62,279 nt of DNA from a virus. Under the pieces are notes generated by a model. That model saw only the letters and a program-made list of their open reading frames with translations, did not search any database and was not told the DNA's origin. The DNA lies in the IMG/VR virus record IMGVR_UViG_3300048774_000008, positions 1 through 62,279 of that record, one strand, 5' to 3'. Of the stretch, positions 17,633-26,189 are shown in pieces (the stretch's first letter is position 1; the number at the start of each line of letters is the position of its first letter). The position numbers and the translations under genes are program-made.

Positions 17633-17842
17633 ATGGAAAAGCGCCACATATCCAAATGTCCGCTTGGTACGCGGTTTAAATATACCGAAGATGGCGACAC
17701 CTACGTTCTTCTAGATCGCTATGATTGCGGACTTGTGGCGAAGTGGGAAGGCGTGGATGCAAACGTCGTCATGCAGGGCATTTACAGCCTTGATGACTCA
17801 ACAGATGCAAACGAACGGCTTGAAGTATTTATTGTCGAATAA
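17633..17842 (+). CDS. Hypothetical protein (69 aa)
   Basis: ORF with SD. Confidence 0.5.
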   Translation: MEKRHISKCPLGTRFKYTEDGDTYVLLDRYDCGLVAKWEGVDANVVMQGIYSLDDSTDANERLEVFIVE

Positions 17843-17855
17843 CGGAGATTACATA

Positions 17856-19316
17856 ATGGAAACCACACTAAAGCCGTCAACCGAATTAACCATCGCAGGC
17901 CGAGCCGCTGTGGCACTCGGAAGCAGCGCGCACGAGCTTGAATTGCGAGAATTGGTGCAATCGTCATGCCGGATAGTTGAGATAAAAAATCCAGCGGCTC
18001 ATGATGAATGTCACTCTGCGTATATGGCAATCACACGGGCAATGACAACTATCGACAAGGCCGGCACAGATGCGCGATCGGATGCAAACAAGTTCCGCGA
18101 TGCTGTAATCGCCGAGGTAAAAAGATTATTCGCCATTGCCGAACCTGAAAAGCAGCGATTGCTGGCATTGCGTGACGCATGGCGTGCAAAGCTGGAAGCG
18201 GAGAAAGTCGAAAAAATCCGCGTGGAGCGTGAGCGCACGGATACCATCAAATCCGCAATAGCCGCTATCAATAACGAAGTAGCGCTAGTTATCGGAAAGT
18301 CGGCCGAATTTATCAGCCAGCGCCTGGCCCGTGTTGACGAATTGATCCTAAGCGCCGATTTTTACGCTGAATTTCACGGTGAGGCGGTAACGACGCAAGC
18401 GGAAGTCTGCATGAAGCTTGTCACTATGCGCGATGAAGCAATGGCGCGTGAAGCTGCTGAATTGAAGGCCAAGCAGGAACGTGAAGCGGAGGCCGAACGC
18501 CTGCGTCAACAAGCTATCGAGAATAACCGAATTCGCGATGAGTTGATCGCGCAAGCCAAGGCGCAACAGGAAGCCGCCGCAAGGCTGGCTATCGCGCAAA
18601 AAGCCGAGGCTGATAGGATGCAAGCTATCGAAGATGAGCGTCGGCGCATTAACGATCTTGAAATTGAGCGCCAACAAGCGGCGGTCCGTGCGGAATATGC
18701 CGAAATTGAAAAGAAAATGGTAATTGAGCGTGCGGCGATTGCCGAAGCGCAAAAGCGGATCGACGCTCACAATGCGGAGATTGCCGAAGCAGAACTTGCG
18801 GAATACAATCGGATTCAACAGGAAGACATGCGGACCGCTCAAGAGCAAGCGAAGACCGCCAAGCGCATCGAACAAGACCGCCAGAATGCCGAGGAAGACG
18901 CGCGGCACCAGCGCGAATACGAACAACAGTTGACGCGGGATGAACCTGCGCCAGTCGTCGAGGTTTTGGCAAATGGTCAGCAACAACTTGATGCAAATAC
19001 AGTGCTGTCAGTCGATGTAAATTCAGGCGCGATTACCAGCAAACTGATTGCAAAATCTGCGGAGGTATTCACAGAACAATCGTTTATGCTGGAACGGTTA
19101 TGGGTTTATGCTTCACCTAGCGGCGCTCACGTGACGTTTAAAGAGCGTCCAACAGTCTTTTATCCAACCGCCGTCGAATACATCCGTGCCGACCGCCTAA
19201 CAAAGCTGGAAGCGTTGCGCAAAGCAGTCGCCGACTACCTGATCGACAACAAAGATTTAATGCTGCCGTATTCCGGTCCTATGCGGGATGCGCTGGCTGA
19301 TTTGGAGAAATCATGA
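17856..19316 (+). CDS. Large coiled-coil protein (486 aa)
   Basis: ATG 17856 preceded by GGAG. The central region of about 200 aa is E/A/R/K-rich heptad-like sequence. The upstream extension in the ORF track overlaps the previous gene. Confidence 0.65.
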   Translation: METTLKPSTELTIAGRAAVALGSSAHELELRELVQSSCRIVEIKNPAAHDECHSAYMAITRAMTTIDKAGTDARSDANKFRDAVIAEVKRLFAIAEPEKQRLLALRDAWRAKLEAEKVEKIRVERERTDTIKSAIAAINNEVALVIGKSAEFISQRLARVDELILSADFYAEFHGEAVTTQAEVCMKLVTMRDEAMAREAAELKAKQEREAEAERLRQQAIENNRIRDELIAQAKAQQEAAARLAIAQKAEADRMQAIEDERRRINDLEIERQQAAVRAEYAEIEKKMVIERAAIAEAQKRIDAHNAEIAEAELAEYNRIQQEDMRTAQEQAKTAKRIEQDRQNAEEDARHQREYEQQLTRDEPAPVVEVLANGQQQLDANTVLSVDVNSGAITSKLIAKSAEVFTEQSFMLERLWVYASPSGAHVTFKERPTVFYPTAVEYIRADRLTKLEALRKAVADYLIDNKDLMLPYSGPMRDALADLEKS

Positions 19317-19540
19317 AGCTTACCGGATGGTATTCAGGCGACCAGAAGCCTGTGAATGAGGGCGTTTATAAGCGCTTTTATTGTGGGTTCTTTGGGTTTT
19401 GTAAATTCAATAATGGGAAATGGTATGTTTATTACGATACTGTTGAACTAGCTGCCACTGCGGAAACTATATCGAAATATCAATGCCTCTCATGGCGCGG
19501 CCTAGCCGAAGAGCCGAAGAAAGGTAAGGCGACAAAATGA
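19313..19540 (+). CDS. Hypothetical protein (75 aa)
   Basis: ATGA-coupled ORF. Confidence 0.55.
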   Translation: MKLTGWYSGDQKPVNEGVYKRFYCGFFGFCKFNNGKWYVYYDTVELAATAETISKYQCLSWRGLAEEPKKGKATK

Positions 19541-19938
19541 CTATCTGGAACCATAAAGACGAATGGCGATTTTCTGGTCGGGATTTTTCGGTAGTTGTTT
19601 CTCGCCATGAAGTTGCGCCGGATAAAATTTCAAACACTGGTATTCATCGCTGGTGCGTGTATGCGTACCTCTATCCTAAGCACCCGCATTTCAAGAACGT
19701 TGAGGGTTCTAGCATTTACCAAAATGCCACGGAAGTAATGCCGCTTCATGGTGGATGTTCTCTGATTCGGTTCCATAAGGAAGCTGCGGCTGAGATTAAC
19801 TCAATCCAAGTCGGTTGCGATTATAACCATCTACACGATGACCGTTTTTGCGACTACGAGACAAAAGAAGAAGCTGCTGAAGTATTCAGGGATGCAGATG
19901 AACTAATTACATGGCTGACTGAAAGGGAGGCAAAATGA
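19537..19938 (+). CDS. Hypothetical protein (133 aa)
   Basis: ATGA-coupled ORF. Confidence 0.55.
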   Translation: MTIWNHKDEWRFSGRDFSVVVSRHEVAPDKISNTGIHRWCVYAYLYPKHPHFKNVEGSSIYQNATEVMPLHGGCSLIRFHKEAAAEINSIQVGCDYNHLHDDRFCDYETKEEAAEVFRDADELITWLTEREAK

Positions 19939-20222
19939 ACTATCAAGACCGCGAGGATTTTGAGGCGCTATATTTGACAAAAGACAAATCTGTTTATTTG
20001 GGCAGAAGTACCGCTGACGGTGTTTTGGAATCGATGTACTATCAGCGATCTGTGCAGCGTGCATGGGAATTATGCAAAGAATCGTTATCCCACGAACGCG
20101 CCAAGCAAGCTGCTAAAGATGCGGAGATCGCGGCGGTGTTTGCTGAATGGGCTAAAACGTATCACGAAAACGGGAAGCCTTCAGCATTCGACAAACTCCG
20201 CGCTATCCTTGAAAGGAAATAA
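19935..20222 (+). CDS. Hypothetical protein (95 aa)
   Basis: ATGA-coupled ORF. Confidence 0.55.
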   Translation: MNYQDREDFEALYLTKDKSVYLGRSTADGVLESMYYQRSVQRAWELCKESLSHERAKQAAKDAEIAAVFAEWAKTYHENGKPSAFDKLRAILERK

Positions 20223-20223
20223 C

Positions 20224-20760
20224 ATGATCCACTACCCACAAGAAAACATCATCGTTCGCTTCGGCGAACTCGAATTGAGCGCCAATGCCGAAGTGCTGAT
20301 GCTCACCTACCTGCAATCGCTTGCGCGCAGGCCTTTCGCTGAATTGACTCAGTCGAAAACTATAACCCCTCCCCGCATCGCTGCTAACTGGCCCGAGCAA
20401 GGCGGGACCTACGCCGGCATCATGCGCGGCGAGGTCGGCAAGCCGGACTATTACCTGATCCACGCACCGAAAGAACGCGAGATCGCCGGCGCAACTTTCG
20501 ATGTGGCCACCGAAACAGCCATGCTTCCGCTCAACGACTTCAAAGACTGGTCACTACCCAATCGGCTCGAATCGCGCCTGCTGGCTATAAATTCGCCGGA
20601 TAGCTTCGATAAGGACGGGCGGTACTGGACGTCTACGCAGTTCGCGGGCTACCCCGACTGTGCCTGGATTCAGGACTTTTCCGATGGTGACCAGGGCGAC
20701 GACCAAAAGTCGGGTGAGTATTGCGCTCGGCCCGTCCGCAGAATATTGATTATTGAATAA
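20224..20760 (+). CDS. DUF1566 (Lcl C-terminal-like) domain protein, paralog 1
   Basis: Motif DWSLPNRLESRLL...YWTSTQ.....AW. ATG 20224 after AAAGGAAA. Confidence 0.5.
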   Translation: MIHYPQENIIVRFGELELSANAEVLMLTYLQSLARRPFAELTQSKTITPPRIAANWPEQGGTYAGIMRGEVGKPDYYLIHAPKEREIAGATFDVATETAMLPLNDFKDWSLPNRLESRLLAINSPDSFDKDGRYWTSTQFAGYPDCAWIQDFSDGDQGDDQKSGEYCARPVRRILIIE

Positions 20761-20814
20761 TTTAATAATTTTCCGGGCGTAGCCCTGATCGTTTTATTTT
20801 TTTTGGAGATTATC

Positions 20815-21249
20815 ATGCCTGAAACACTTGCACCATCCCCTCTCGTCAATCTTAACCTGCCGCCGCTCGCTACATTCTGCCCGGAATATGGCGGATTTTA
20901 TGCCGGAATAATACGCGGCGAAAATGGTGAGCCAAGTTATCACCTGTTTCACGCGCCAGCGCTTCAGGAGATCGCCGCCACAAATTGGCAGAACGCCGTC
21001 GAGAAAGCTTCTGCGTCACTCAATGGCTTTTCGGACTGGTCATTACCGAATCGACGGGAATCGCGCCTGCTGGCTATAAATTCGGCCGACAGCTTCGAAG
21101 AAGATAAAGATTACTGGACATCTACGCAGCTCGCGGGCTACCCCGACTGTGCCTGGATTCATGGCTTTTCCGATGGTAGCCAGCTCCTCAACCGCAAGTC
21201 GGATAAGTACCGCGCTCGGCCCGTCCGCAGAATATTGATTATTGAATAA
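20815..21249 (+). CDS. DUF1566 (Lcl C-terminal-like) domain protein, paralog 2
   Basis: Same motifs as paralog 1, and the last 37 nt are identical to paralog 1. ATG 20815 has GGAG upstream. Confidence 0.5.
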   Translation: MPETLAPSPLVNLNLPPLATFCPEYGGFYAGIIRGENGEPSYHLFHAPALQEIAATNWQNAVEKASASLNGFSDWSLPNRRESRLLAINSADSFEEDKDYWTSTQLAGYPDCAWIHGFSDGSQLLNRKSDKYRARPVRRILIIE

Positions 21250-21305
21250 TTCTTGAGAGGAAATAACATGACACCTGATCTGGAAAACCGCGCTACGCAA
21301 TTTTT

Positions 21306-21376
21306 AACGATGGAACTGCCTGGGAAACCACGTATTATCTCTGCAAGGTGAAAACCCTGCGGAAGCTCAGTATAAA
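21306..21376 (+). repeat. 71-bp perfect direct repeat, left copy (flanks the recombinase gene)
   Basis: AACGATGGAACTGCCTGGGAAACCACGTATTATCTCTGCAAGGTGAAAACCCTGCGGAAGCTCAGTATAAA, identical to 22535-22605. Confidence 0.95.
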
Positions 21377-21429
21377 CGAGAGCGCCTAACCCTCCGTGAA
21401 CTGTGACTTGAAATAAGGAGTATGAAACC

Positions 21430-22467
21430 ATGACAACGCACAATGCCAATAATGAACGAATTAAGCGCCGGTACTTTTCATATTTGAAAGAAGCGAAGCG
21501 CCAAGATGATTCGACAGTGGACGCGGTAGCAGGCGCAATTGCTCGATTCGAGGCCGGCTCAAAATACCGGGACTTCAAGACTTTTCATCACGAGCAGGCC
21601 ATTTCTTTCAAGAAACATCTTGCCGAACAGACGAGCAAAAAGACCGGCGACAAGTTAAGCAAGGCGACTTTGCACGCGACGCTGGCGCACGTCAAAAGGT
21701 TCTTTCAATGGCTTGCAAGGGAACCGGGATACAAGTCGCGCATTCAATATTCCGACGCCGAATATTTCAATTTGTCCGGCAACGATACGCGAATTGCGAC
21801 GGCAAGGCGGGGGCAGGTCGGCCCCACATTAGAACAGGTCAAGCATGTAATCGCCAAGATGCCGGCACAAAGCGAAATTGAGCGCCGGAACCGTGCCCTT
21901 GTTGCATTTACAATTCTGACCGGCGCACGGGATAGCGCCATAGCGTCAATGAAGATGAAGCATGTCGATCCGGTCGCTGGCAGCGTCTATCAAGATGCCC
22001 GCGACGTGCGGACAAAATTCGGCAAAACCTTTACGACCTTTTTCTTTCCGGTCGGGGATGACATTCGCCAAATCGTTGCGGAGTGGGTGGCATATCTGCG
22101 CAATGAAAAACTGTGGGGCACCGATGACCCACTCTTTCCGGCAACGCAAATGGGATTAGGCCCGACCCGCCAGTTTGAAGTAATCGGCCTGAAGCGGGAG
22201 CACTGGAGCAACGCCACTCCGATACGAACGATATTTCGGGATTGCTTTGAAAGTGCCGGCCTGCCGTATTTCAACCCGCATAGCTTCAGAAATACGCTTG
22301 TCCGGCTTGGTCAAGAAACCTGCCAAACCCCGGAACACTTTAAGGCATGGAGCCAAAACCTCGGGCATGAAGGCGTTTTGACAACATTTCTTAGCTATGG
22401 CGCGGTGGCTGACTTGCGCCAGGGCGAGATCATGCACGGCCTGGCGACGCCAAAACCGGCCATGTAG
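21430..22467 (+). CDS. int: Tyrosine recombinase / phage integrase family protein
   Basis: Catalytic-domain landmarks: TGARDSA (Arg), HSFRNT (His-x-x-Arg), LGHEGV (His), LSYG (Tyr). N-terminal SAM-like core-binding region. Confidence 0.8.
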   Translation: MTTHNANNERIKRRYFSYLKEAKRQDDSTVDAVAGAIARFEAGSKYRDFKTFHHEQAISFKKHLAEQTSKKTGDKLSKATLHATLAHVKRFFQWLAREPGYKSRIQYSDAEYFNLSGNDTRIATARRGQVGPTLEQVKHVIAKMPAQSEIERRNRALVAFTILTGARDSAIASMKMKHVDPVAGSVYQDARDVRTKFGKTFTTFFFPVGDDIRQIVAEWVAYLRNEKLWGTDDPLFPATQMGLGPTRQFEVIGLKREHWSNATPIRTIFRDCFESAGLPYFNPHSFRNTLVRLGQETCQTPEHFKAWSQNLGHEGVLTTFLSYGAVADLRQGEIMHGLATPKPAM

Positions 22468-22534
22468 TCGAACATTAGCGAACTTGCCAAGGCGATAGCG
22501 CGGGAAATGCGCGATGCCGGGGCGGGAACACTTA

Positions 22535-22605
22535 AACGATGGAACTGCCTGGGAAACCACGTATTATCTCTGCAAGGTGAAAACCCTGCGGAAGCTCAGT
22601 ATAAA
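22535..22605 (+). repeat. 71-bp perfect direct repeat, right copy
   Basis: Identical to 21306-21376, with a 1229-bp offset. Confidence 0.95.
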
Positions 22606-22643
22606 GCCATGCTTGCAGCCGCACCGAAAAAGGAGAAGCCAGA

Positions 22644-22994
22644 ATGAGACAGAATTACGAAATGACGGAAGATGATTTGGATAAACTTTTGATTGCCTGT
22701 CAGCCCGTTCCAATGATAGCGCTTCAATGCGGTGCGCCAAGAAGTAAATATGAAAACGTAAATGCTGCTTGGGTTGAATTAGGTAAAAGAATGCACTTTG
22801 ACCCTGCGACGGTCCTGCCAACCGGAAAGGGTTATAGATTCTTTTCGGCTGTCCCGATAGAGCCTAACCTACAAATGGACGGGGATTCCTGGTGTGCCAC
22901 TTGGCCAGATTTTGATAGCTTGCAAGTGTCCCCCGCCGGATTCGGCGATACCCAAGAGGAAGCGGTCGCCAATTTATTGAAGGATACAGAATGA
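22644..22994 (+). CDS. Hypothetical protein (116 aa)
   Basis: ORF with AAGGAG upstream. Confidence 0.6.
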   Translation: MRQNYEMTEDDLDKLLIACQPVPMIALQCGAPRSKYENVNAAWVELGKRMHFDPATVLPTGKGYRFFSAVPIEPNLQMDGDSWCATWPDFDSLQVSPAGFGDTQEEAVANLLKDTE

Positions 22995-23629
22995 GCAAAC
23001 TAATCGAAGAGACTGAAGAGTTGCCGAGACTTACTCCCCTTGGCAAAAACTGGATGGAGGAAGACTCTGAAGGCTATTACCTGAACCGTGAATACGTTCT
23101 CGAAATCATCAAGCGCCACGAAGCGCAAGATAAGACTGACGCTCTTTGTGATCTATCCTACGCTGCTGGAGCTAAAGCTGGGTGGAATTGCGCCGCATCC
23201 GGCGATGCGATCGGCATGGAAAAAATCATGGAGCGATCACCCGAAGCGGTAAAAGAACTGCGCCGCATAAATACCACCTTGCCGCCGCTAGACGTGCAAG
23301 ACGCGCAGATTGCGCTTGATGCCGCCAGGTATCGTAAATTCAAACGCCTGCACGAACAACCAGACGCACCTTTGCACGGAGAATGTGCTGCTGAAATCAA
23401 CCGGCTTCAGGAGCAGGTCAGAGTGCTGCGTGAGGCGCTATTAAATGTCGCTGAATCGGATATTCCAGAACCATGCTGGTGTGGTCCGCGTTATAAAAAA
23501 GAATTTCCAAATGTTCCGCATGCGGCCTATTGCGTGAATGCGACAAAGGCACTTTCCGTAACGCCGGATCACGTTGTCGATGGCGTTCAGCATGATGATT
23601 ATCCAGTCGATGGATGGAGTGAGAAATGA
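22991..23629 (+). CDS. Hypothetical protein (212 aa)
   Basis: ATGA-coupled ORF. Confidence 0.6.
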   Translation: MSKLIEETEELPRLTPLGKNWMEEDSEGYYLNREYVLEIIKRHEAQDKTDALCDLSYAAGAKAGWNCAASGDAIGMEKIMERSPEAVKELRRINTTLPPLDVQDAQIALDAARYRKFKRLHEQPDAPLHGECAAEINRLQEQVRVLREALLNVAESDIPEPCWCGPRYKKEFPNVPHAAYCVNATKALSVTPDHVVDGVQHDDYPVDGWSEK

Positions 23630-23925
23630 CAGAGCGCGAAATGTACGAAGCGTGGTTAGGCGTAAAGCCGTCAGGTCACGCGCAAGATGTATTTGGGTGG
23701 GAGTGCTGGAGGGCGCGCGCTGCAACGCCATGTACGGGCGATGTACGGGCTGATGTACGGGCCGCTGAATCGTGGGCAAAAGCCACAATGAAAATACGCG
23801 CATTGACCACGGCGCTTCAAAACTGCGTAAGCCACATGGAAACCGTCGCAATGGAATGTGGTGAGGACGATACGCCAAAAAACTTTGCTTTAGCAATATC
23901 AAGAGCGCATGAGGTGCTAAAATGA
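23626..23925 (+). CDS. Hypothetical protein (99 aa)
   Basis: ATGA-coupled ORF. Confidence 0.55.
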   Translation: MTEREMYEAWLGVKPSGHAQDVFGWECWRARAATPCTGDVRADVRAAESWAKATMKIRALTTALQNCVSHMETVAMECGEDDTPKNFALAISRAHEVLK

Positions 23926-24116
23926 CAGAGTAAGAAATAGCCATCCGACTTCGCGCTGTGCTAATTGGCGCTCAAGCAGTTCTTGATAGGCTTAGTGGGA
24001 CTGATGCTGGCATGAACGGGGTATATGCAAAGGCGGCTAGCGGAGTTATGATTAGGATTGACGGTATAAGAAAAGATATCGAGGATACACTTTCGGCAAC
24101 TAAGCTAGCAGATTAA
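23922..24116 (+). pseudogene. Last plus-strand ORF, interrupted by an in-frame TAA at codon 4
   Basis: ATG 23922 forms an ATGA overlap with the previous stop. Reads MTE-TAA-EIAIRLRAVLIGAQAVLDRLSGTDAGMNGVYAKAASGVMIRIDGIRKDIEDTLSATKLAD. Confidence 0.35.
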
Positions 24117-24239
24117 CTTATGCTTTATGTTCCGTCTTAACTAAATATAATTTCACTCGCGGCGGCTTCAACATGCTGCCCCACATTTCAGCCCAAGCGT
24201 AGATCGGGGCGTACATCATTAGATAGATCGAGATAGGAT

Positions 24240-24929
24240 TCACGTTACCCCCAATGGAAACATTTTCAAATAGCCTGGGTAGACCGCATCGCTCATGTGG
24301 TACGCGCCCGGATTGATGTCTTCAAAACCCCCCGGCGCATATTTCAAATTAGTGCGCGGGTATGTCGAAACCCACGGGAACGGAGGGAGCGCAACAACCG
24401 GATCGATACCGTTTTCAGTTGAAATTATCAGGTTGATGACGCCGTTCTTTACTTGACGCTGCGCCCAATCGGAATATTTTTGCCATCCGAACAGGGCCGC
24501 TTCAAACATGCTTAACGAGGTTTTGATTCCATCTAGCGCAAACAGCGAAGCCAGCGCATCTGCAAGGCTCCCAGCGCGCGAATGGCCTTCGATCCATATA
24601 TCCATGCCAGCGGCGATTGCTGCAAGCGCCTTGGGCTTGACGACTGCGTAAATTGCGAGTGCCGCAGAATAGAACTCGCCATGCACGCCACCCCATACTG
24701 GATGATCTATTGGCACAAATTCAAAATTGTCACGCCATCCTTCCCAATCAAAAGTTCCTTCAGGAGTAATGGTGAAAAAATCACCGACCGTCTTTAGGCC
24801 GACAACGTCATCTCCGATGGTCAGAATTTCATCGAAGATAGCTGCACGGCCAGCGTCGTCATAGATAGCGATTAGCGCCAAATACGCTGCATATTGCCTT
24901 GTGATCGGCGGGAGGTTGATTGCGCTCAC
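24240..24929 (-). CDS. Class-3 lipase-like alpha/beta hydrolase
   Basis: Nucleophile elbow IEGHSRAGSLA (GHSxG), upstream VHGEF, downstream DPVVALPP and a late His. Last gene of the late operon. Confidence 0.55.
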   Translation of the reverse strand: MSAINLPPITRQYAAYLALIAIYDDAGRAAIFDEILTIGDDVVGLKTVGDFFTITPEGTFDWEGWRDNFEFVPIDHPVWGGVHGEFYSAALAIYAVVKPKALAAIAAGMDIWIEGHSRAGSLADALASLFALDGIKTSLSMFEAALFGWQKYSDWAQRQVKNGVINLIISTENGIDPVVALPPFPWVSTYPRTNLKYAPGGFEDINPGAYHMSDAVYPGYLKMFPLGVT

Positions 24930-25513
24930 TTAGGCACCACTGGCGCAGATAGCAGTGATTGCGCTGGCGCGATTACCGGCGCTGCCTTTGGCGTTACCTT
25001 AACTGGCGCAACAATCGCGGGTTTAGGCAGGGGTATCGACACCCCTGGTATCGGCTTGACCGCAGCCTTGACTGCCGGCGCCGGCGTCACCACAGGTTTA
25101 GCCGATATCTGCGATTGAATCGCTTGCAGCGTCTGGGTAATCGTCTGCAATGCTTGCGTGGTCGGATCGGGCGCACTTGCTGTATTCGCCGGTTGTTGGA
25201 CAAGATTTACCGAATTAGGCGTTGTCAGTGTCACACTGCCATTGCTTGTCTGTACCCGCGCCATGTTATTGACTGGACAAGCATCCATTACCGGCGTGAG
25301 AGCATCAGGACGGCGCTGCAAGGCACCCACCTTCACGTCGCAAGCCGAATCAACCCAAAGCGCCAAGGCGTCGTCATCCGACCGTTGCAGGTTCGCTTTC
25401 GCGCCTTTGTAATCCTGCTCGATGATATTGTCTTTAGCTGCCATCCATGCATTGATCGAGCCGCAACCGGATAGTGAAAGCGCCAAAAGCACATAAATTA
25501 GTGTGTTTTTCAT
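24926..25513 (-). CDS. Lipoprotein with a Pro/Ala/Val-rich C-terminal half (possible o-spanin-like or surface lipoprotein)
   Basis: Lipobox LALSLSGC at residues 10-17. Confidence 0.5.
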   Translation of the reverse strand: MKNTLIYVLLALSLSGCGSINAWMAAKDNIIEQDYKGAKANLQRSDDDALALWVDSACDVKVGALQRRPDALTPVMDACPVNNMARVQTSNGSVTLTTPNSVNLVQQPANTASAPDPTTQALQTITQTLQAIQSQISAKPVVTPAPAVKAAVKPIPGVSIPLPKPAIVAPVKVTPKAAPVIAPAQSLLSAPVVPK

Positions 25514-25761
25514 GGTTGACTTTCGATAGTGGTCGGTAATGTCATTGCAGCGGCGATTTTCGGCTCATCGACCGCAATCCATGCGTTGATGAAATTGACG
25601 ATAAAATGGCTCGCGCTGGTCAATATCGCGCCGGTAAATAACACCACTTCAGGCGGCATAGCCAGGCCAAGCTTTGAATTTGCAACCCATTGGACGGCGG
25701 CGCATACGCCAGTCATACTGACGGTCGCGGCCAAAGTGTTGACGCTACTTGAATTTTGCAT
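25510..25761 (-). CDS. Small membrane protein (83 aa), lysis-cassette associated
   Basis: Two hydrophobic segments. ATGA-coupled to the lipoprotein gene. Confidence 0.45.
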   Translation of the reverse strand: MQNSSSVNTLAATVSMTGVCAAVQWVANSKLGLAMPPEVVLFTGAILTSASHFIVNFINAWIAVDEPKIAAAMTLPTTIESQP

Positions 25762-25870
25762 GATTAACCTTTCACTTTAATTGTCATGCGGCAAGGCGTT
25801 GCAATTTTCACGGTCTTTTGCTTCGGTCGCATTACCCGCAGCGCCCATATAAACCGCAACGCCCAGCGCA

Positions 25871-26179
25871 TTACGAAACCGTCACCGTAACGATATTCGG
25901 CGTGGCGATGCTTACAGGAGGCTCGACGTTGAACTGGCTCGATGCGCCAACCGCGCCGAACGGTACGGAATTCGGATCGAGCAACTGGGCATTAACGATG
26001 TATCCATTACCGACCGGCACATTGTCAAAATTCACGGTGAGAACTCCTGGCGCGATTGTTTGCGCAGGAATGGCCGCAGCGCCATCAGGTACAACGAGCG
26101 TTACAAGAGTTCCACTGGTTGCGCTGCCGGCCCGATAATCTACGTCGGATGTGGTGAAATTTACAGTTACTGTTGACAT
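25871..26179 (-). CDS. Small beta-rich (Ig-like?) protein
   Basis: MSTVTVNFTTSDVDYR.. The start at 26179 has AAAGGAA upstream. The longer form in the track overlaps the endolysin gene. Confidence 0.45.
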   Translation of the reverse strand: MSTVTVNFTTSDVDYRAGSATSGTLVTLVVPDGAAAIPAQTIAPGVLTVNFDNVPVGNGYIVNAQLLDPNSVPFGAVGASSQFNVEPPVSIATPNIVTVTVS

Positions 26180-26189
26180 GGTGATTCCT

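Noticed and set aside
18348-18996. 212-aa and 115-aa minus-strand ORFs, and a 69-aa plus-strand ORF, inside the coiled-coil gene.
   Set aside because: These are antisense or out-of-frame readings of GC-rich GAA/GCG/CGC-type codon repeats of the E/A/R-rich coiled coil. They are typical shadow ORFs.
21159-21578. 139-aa minus-strand ORF (and 22156-22560, 134 aa) spanning the 71-bp repeats.
   Set aside because: They are antisense to the recombinase gene and its flanks, lack SD sequences and have biased composition. The repeats themselves could not be assigned confidently to any coding frame.
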